DNA of 27,142 nucleotides from positions 1 through 27,142 of IMG/VR virus record IMGVR_UViG_3300025016_000027, one strand, 5' to 3'. A model generated the notes under the pieces. That model worked only from the letters and a program-made list of their open reading frames with translations, was not told the DNA's origin and made no database searches. Positions 23,986-27,142 of this stretch are shown piece after piece. This DNA comes from a virus (Duplodnaviria > Caudoviricetes). The translations under genes were made by a program, and so were the position numbers. Position 1 is the first letter of the stretch; each line of letters starts with the position of its first letter.

Positions 23986-24870
23986 TCTGTCTATTTCTCA
24001 GCGTGGCCTGCTATCCGTGCTGATGTTGAAGCGGGCAGAATGGAGTGGAACAAAGACACTGCGATACAAGTGTATGACAACATCGCAGATCAAGTAAACG
24101 AAAGTTTTCCAGAGATGATGGAACGCGAATGTCATTGCCCACGCGAGAGAGGTGCTCTTATTCGCGGTGGGCGAGAACTTGTTGCAGAGACTGGACTGTT
24201 CATTAAAAAGAAACGATACGCTGTCTTGATCTATGACGCTGAAGGGACGCGACTCGATCAGTATGACGCAGAAACTGCTAAGAAAAAGGGAGTAGTGTTT
24301 GGGGTAGGCAAGGTCAAAGCAATGGGGCTTGATCTTAAACGAAGCGATACCCCCAAGATTGTTCAAGATTTCCTTAGCAACATTTTGCTTGATGTTTTGA
24401 CGGGGGTTGATCGTGCTCCAATCATTGAAAAGATCATCAAGTTCAAGAAAGAGTTTGCAATGCTGCCTCCCTGGGAGAAGGGGACGCCTAAGCGTGTGAA
24501 CAACTTGTCTAAATATACTGCAATCTATGAAAAAACCAAGGAATGTGGAGTTGGACACGTCAAAGCTGCTATTGTGTGGAACATTATGCGAAAGATGCAT
24601 GGCGACAACTATAGTATGAAAATCGTTGACGGTATGAAAACTATTGTGTGTAAACTAAAAACCAACCCTCTTGGGTATACCTCGATTGCGTATCCGACAG
24701 ATGAGAAGCATGTGCCAGAATGGCTTAAAGAACTACCATTTGATGTTGAGACTATGGAAGCCACAGTGGTAGATCAAAAGGTTGACAATCTATTATCGGT
24801 GCTCGGATGGGACATAACTAACAACACTTGCACTAACTCATCATTTAGCAATCTATTTTCATTCGACTAA
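23857..24870 (+). CDS. family B DNA polymerase, fragment C (rest of palm, thumb) preceded by a 43-aa C-intein
   Basis: HN|SVYF, GLFIKKKRYA, KAMGLDLKRSDTP, PKRVNN. Confidence 0.92.
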   Translation: MIIKKTTIQSVECVGTFDDEYVYDIGVNADDPYFFANDLLVHNSVYFSAWPAIRADVEAGRMEWNKDTAIQVYDNIADQVNESFPEMMERECHCPRERGALIRGGRELVAETGLFIKKKRYAVLIYDAEGTRLDQYDAETAKKKGVVFGVGKVKAMGLDLKRSDTPKIVQDFLSNILLDVLTGVDRAPIIEKIIKFKKEFAMLPPWEKGTPKRVNNLSKYTAIYEKTKECGVGHVKAAIVWNIMRKMHGDNYSMKIVDGMKTIVCKLKTNPLGYTSIAYPTDEKHVPEWLKELPFDVETMEATVVDQKVDNLLSVLGWDITNNTCTNSSFSNLFSFD

Positions 24871-24928
24871 GGAGCAAAACAATGGCAACAAAATTATCAG
24901 CTTACGGTGAAATAATTCACCGAACCAG

Positions 24929-24957
24929 TTGATATCATCTAAATAACACTATACAAT
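24929..24957 (+). promoter_or_regulatory. sigma70-type promoter with an embedded late-type CTAAATA, upstream of the clamp gene
   Basis: TTGATA-17 nt-TACAAT; CTAAATA at 24939-24945. Confidence 0.55.
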
Positions 24958-24984
24958 AGACATATTACTAACAGGAGATTTTAT

Positions 24985-25719
24985 ATGCCAATGGATTATT
25001 TGAAAGACATTACCCTACATACACACGGACTTGGTATCATTGATACAGTCAAAGTGACCGGAACAAACGAGGAAACACTTATTGACGCAATGTCTGAAGA
25101 TCGCAGCGTGATTGTCACAGCCAAAACAAAACGCCCACTGAAAGAGTTCATTGGCCAGTTTGGTATGCCAAACTTGGGAAAGTTGAATGTGATTCTTGGT
25201 ATTCCAGAATATAAGGAAGATGCTAAGATTACTGTAACAACACAGACTCGCGATAATGAAACTTATCCAACCGGATTGCATTTTGTAAACAAAGTTGGCG
25301 ACTTTAAAAATGATTATCGCTTCATGACCGCAGCATTGATCAACGAGGCACTCAAGTCTGTCAAGTTTAAAGGCGTGAAATGGGACGTCGAGTTCAGTCC
25401 AACTGTTCAAAGTATTCAGCGTTTGAAGTTTATGGCTCAAGCAAACAGTGACGAAAACACATTCGTGGCTAAAACTGAAGGTGGTGATTTGAAGTTTTAT
25501 TTTGGTGATCACTCCACCCACGCTGGCGACTTTTCGTTTGCGACTGGGATTACTGGTAAAGTTGCTAAAGGATTCCATTGGCCAGTAGCAGTTGTTCAAA
25601 GTATTTTGAACCTACCTGGTGACAAAATTTACCGTATCAGTGACGAAGGGGCTACTCAAATCACCGTTGACAGTGGGTTGACAGTGTATAACTACATTCT
25701 GCCAGCACAGCAAAAGTAA
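24985..25719 (+). CDS. sliding clamp (gp45-like)
   Basis: 244 aa, two-domain alpha/beta pattern typical of clamps, directly downstream of the polymerase, AGGAG SD. Confidence 0.72.
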   Translation: MPMDYLKDITLHTHGLGIIDTVKVTGTNEETLIDAMSEDRSVIVTAKTKRPLKEFIGQFGMPNLGKLNVILGIPEYKEDAKITVTTQTRDNETYPTGLHFVNKVGDFKNDYRFMTAALINEALKSVKFKGVKWDVEFSPTVQSIQRLKFMAQANSDENTFVAKTEGGDLKFYFGDHSTHAGDFSFATGITGKVAKGFHWPVAVVQSILNLPGDKIYRISDEGATQITVDSGLTVYNYILPAQQK

Positions 25720-25731
25720 TAGGTAGAAGAT

Positions 25732-25944
25732 ATGTCAGATAGTTTCGAACTTCGAATCAACCATTTGCAAGCAGCGTATAATGCTCTTGACCAGCAGCTT
25801 AAGGCCGCATACGAGTCAAGTAAGTTGAATGGTGAATCGTTCATTAATACTGTTGTCCTTGAGTTCGAAGAAAGAAAAGCTAAGTTAGCCAAAGAAATCA
25901 AAACTTTGACTGACTTAGACAACGCCGGAAAAGAGTTTAAATGA
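25732..25944 (+). CDS. small coiled-coil hypothetical protein
   Basis: 70 aa with heptad pattern; overlaps the next start. Confidence 0.65.
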   Translation: MSDSFELRINHLQAAYNALDQQLKAAYESSKLNGESFINTVVLEFEERKAKLAKEIKTLTDLDNAGKEFK

Positions 25945-26330
25945 CGGAATCAAAAAAGTTTATTTGGGTAAAGTTTCAGAAAGAGGGAATTCATTGCTAC
26001 CCTGCTGCAGCAACAGACCCCAACTTAGCTACTGGCGATCAGTATGATGTATCGTTCTTGGCATCGCTGCATCGGCATATCTTTCACTTTCGGGTAGATA
26101 TCAGTGTCTCACATTCAAATCGAGATATTGAGTTTATTCAGTTTAAACGCTGGTTGGAAAATCTCTATAATCAGGGAACCCTCCAGTTAAACTACAAGAG
26201 CTGTGAAATGATTGCTGACGATCTATATGCTCAAATATCTTCAACCTACAGTAACAGAGATGTTATAATCGAAGTGTCAGAAGACGGTGAAAATGGATGC
26301 CGTATTAAATATCCATCGTTAGTTAAATAA
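25941..26330 (+). CDS. QueD / 6-pyruvoyl-tetrahydropterin synthase-like T-fold protein
   Basis: EGIH, HRH, RDIEF..FK, SCEMIA, VSEDGENG. Confidence 0.65.
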   Translation: MTESKKFIWVKFQKEGIHCYPAAATDPNLATGDQYDVSFLASLHRHIFHFRVDISVSHSNRDIEFIQFKRWLENLYNQGTLQLNYKSCEMIADDLYAQISSTYSNRDVIIEVSEDGENGCRIKYPSLVK

Positions 26331-26340
26331 GGAGAGCCAA

Positions 26341-26592
26341 ATGGCCGTATCAGTTGCATCGTATAACAAAAAATATCTGCGTATGAAACCAGAGGTTGAT
26401 AATATTTTCAACACTCTGGACGACTACTTGGATTTTGTTAGGCTTCAGTACCCACATGTTGAATACAATCCAGCGGATATCGGGAGGAATGAAAGTATTA
26501 CCTGGCAACGGTTTATGAAATTCCGTAATCGTATGTATTATCGTAATACGCAAAATCGGCAACGTAACGCAGAAAATAACGGGCATCAATGA
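26341..26592 (+). CDS. hypothetical protein
   Basis: 83 aa with TAAGGAG SD. Confidence 0.75.
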   Translation: MAVSVASYNKKYLRMKPEVDNIFNTLDDYLDFVRLQYPHVEYNPADIGRNESITWQRFMKFRNRMYYRNTQNRQRNAENNGHQ

Positions 26593-27065
26593 AGAAAAAA
26601 ATGAAGGCCGACGGCACATATTCAAAAGCTGTGCTGTCGGCTTCATCATCAGATAAAATAGGCAAGTTACTTGACATGTTGTATATTCCAAATCAAGTAG
26701 CTAGCCACTCATTACATACATCTATCGTTTACAGTAGATCAGTGTGTGATGAGATAAGGAACATTCCAATATCGTTGCCTATTAGAGCAACTCCAAAACG
26801 ATTTGACCTGTTTGATAGTGGAGATAATACTACTTGCTTAGTATTGCTTCTAGAGAGTGATGGATTAGACTTTTTGCATCATCATAGTAGAGAGTTTTAC
26901 GCTGCTACACATGATTATCCTGAATATCAGCCACACATTACGTTGAGTTACGATTACCCATTTCTGACACCACTGTCAGAAGACATGGTATCTTACATTG
27001 GAGACCTAGAGTTTGATCAATACATTGTTGAACCATTGATTTTCGATTGGATTGAGCCAAAATAA
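26589..27065 (+). CDS. 2H phosphodiesterase, Acb1 / T4 gp57B-like
   Basis: Two Hx(T/S) motifs, LHTSIVYSR and HDYPEYQPHITLSYD. Confidence 0.78.
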   Translation: MKKKMKADGTYSKAVLSASSSDKIGKLLDMLYIPNQVASHSLHTSIVYSRSVCDEIRNIPISLPIRATPKRFDLFDSGDNTTCLVLLLESDGLDFLHHHSREFYAATHDYPEYQPHITLSYDYPFLTPLSEDMVSYIGDLEFDQYIVEPLIFDWIEPK

Positions 27066-27076
27066 CAAAAGCACAT

Positions 27077-27142
27077 ATGAATGAAAAAATAAATCTTACA
27101 ACAAAACAACTAGACGATAAAGGCAGAAGCAAGTACGCGGTT
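27077..27142 (+). CDS. partial ORF running off the window (MNEKINLTTKQ...)
   Basis: Open frame from ATG 27077 to the end of the window; too short to assign a product. Confidence 0.5.
   Translation, partial: MNEKINLTTKQLDDKGRSKYAV

Noticed and set aside
19555-24870. Polymerase pseudogene or stop-codon recoding
   Set aside because: All catalytic motifs are intact, the fragments are separated by real intervening ORFs, and other genes read normally in the standard code.
27077-27142. Assigning the truncated last ORF as a TGT/DpdA-like enzyme
   Set aside because: Only 22 codons are visible; the context is suggestive but insufficient.

Overview
A 27 kb segment of a large T4-like (jumbo-type) dsDNA phage genome. 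The host is probably Gram-negative, since a two-component spanin pair is present. Almost all genes are on the + strand. In order: phoH; two conserved hypotheticals; a lysis cassette (GH19 endolysin, i-spanin, o-spanin, holin); dnaJ; clpA; several small genes; a GT2-like glycosyltransferase; a late-promoter-driven block of probable head-packaged proteins; a structured intergenic RNA; a DsbA/GapR-like DNA-binding protein; a family B DNA polymerase; a sliding clamp; a QueD-like protein; and an Acb1-like 2H phosphodiesterase. Four things stand out. (1) clpA is broken at the second Walker A motif into two genes joined by an atypically split intein (26-aa IntN, 137-aa IntC), with an inverted free-standing endonuclease between them and back-to-back TATAAATA late promoters. 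(2) The DNA polymerase is in three pieces, with an intein-less break at the fingers tip and a split intein at YGDTD|S around a second endonuclease. (3) Long modular ORFs are punctuated by hydrophobic-x-Glu motifs that resemble prohead-protease sites, and they share a repeated unknown domain. (4) A compact structured RNA of about 100 nt lies immediately downstream of a late promoter. All calls come from reading motifs by eye; no database searches were run.
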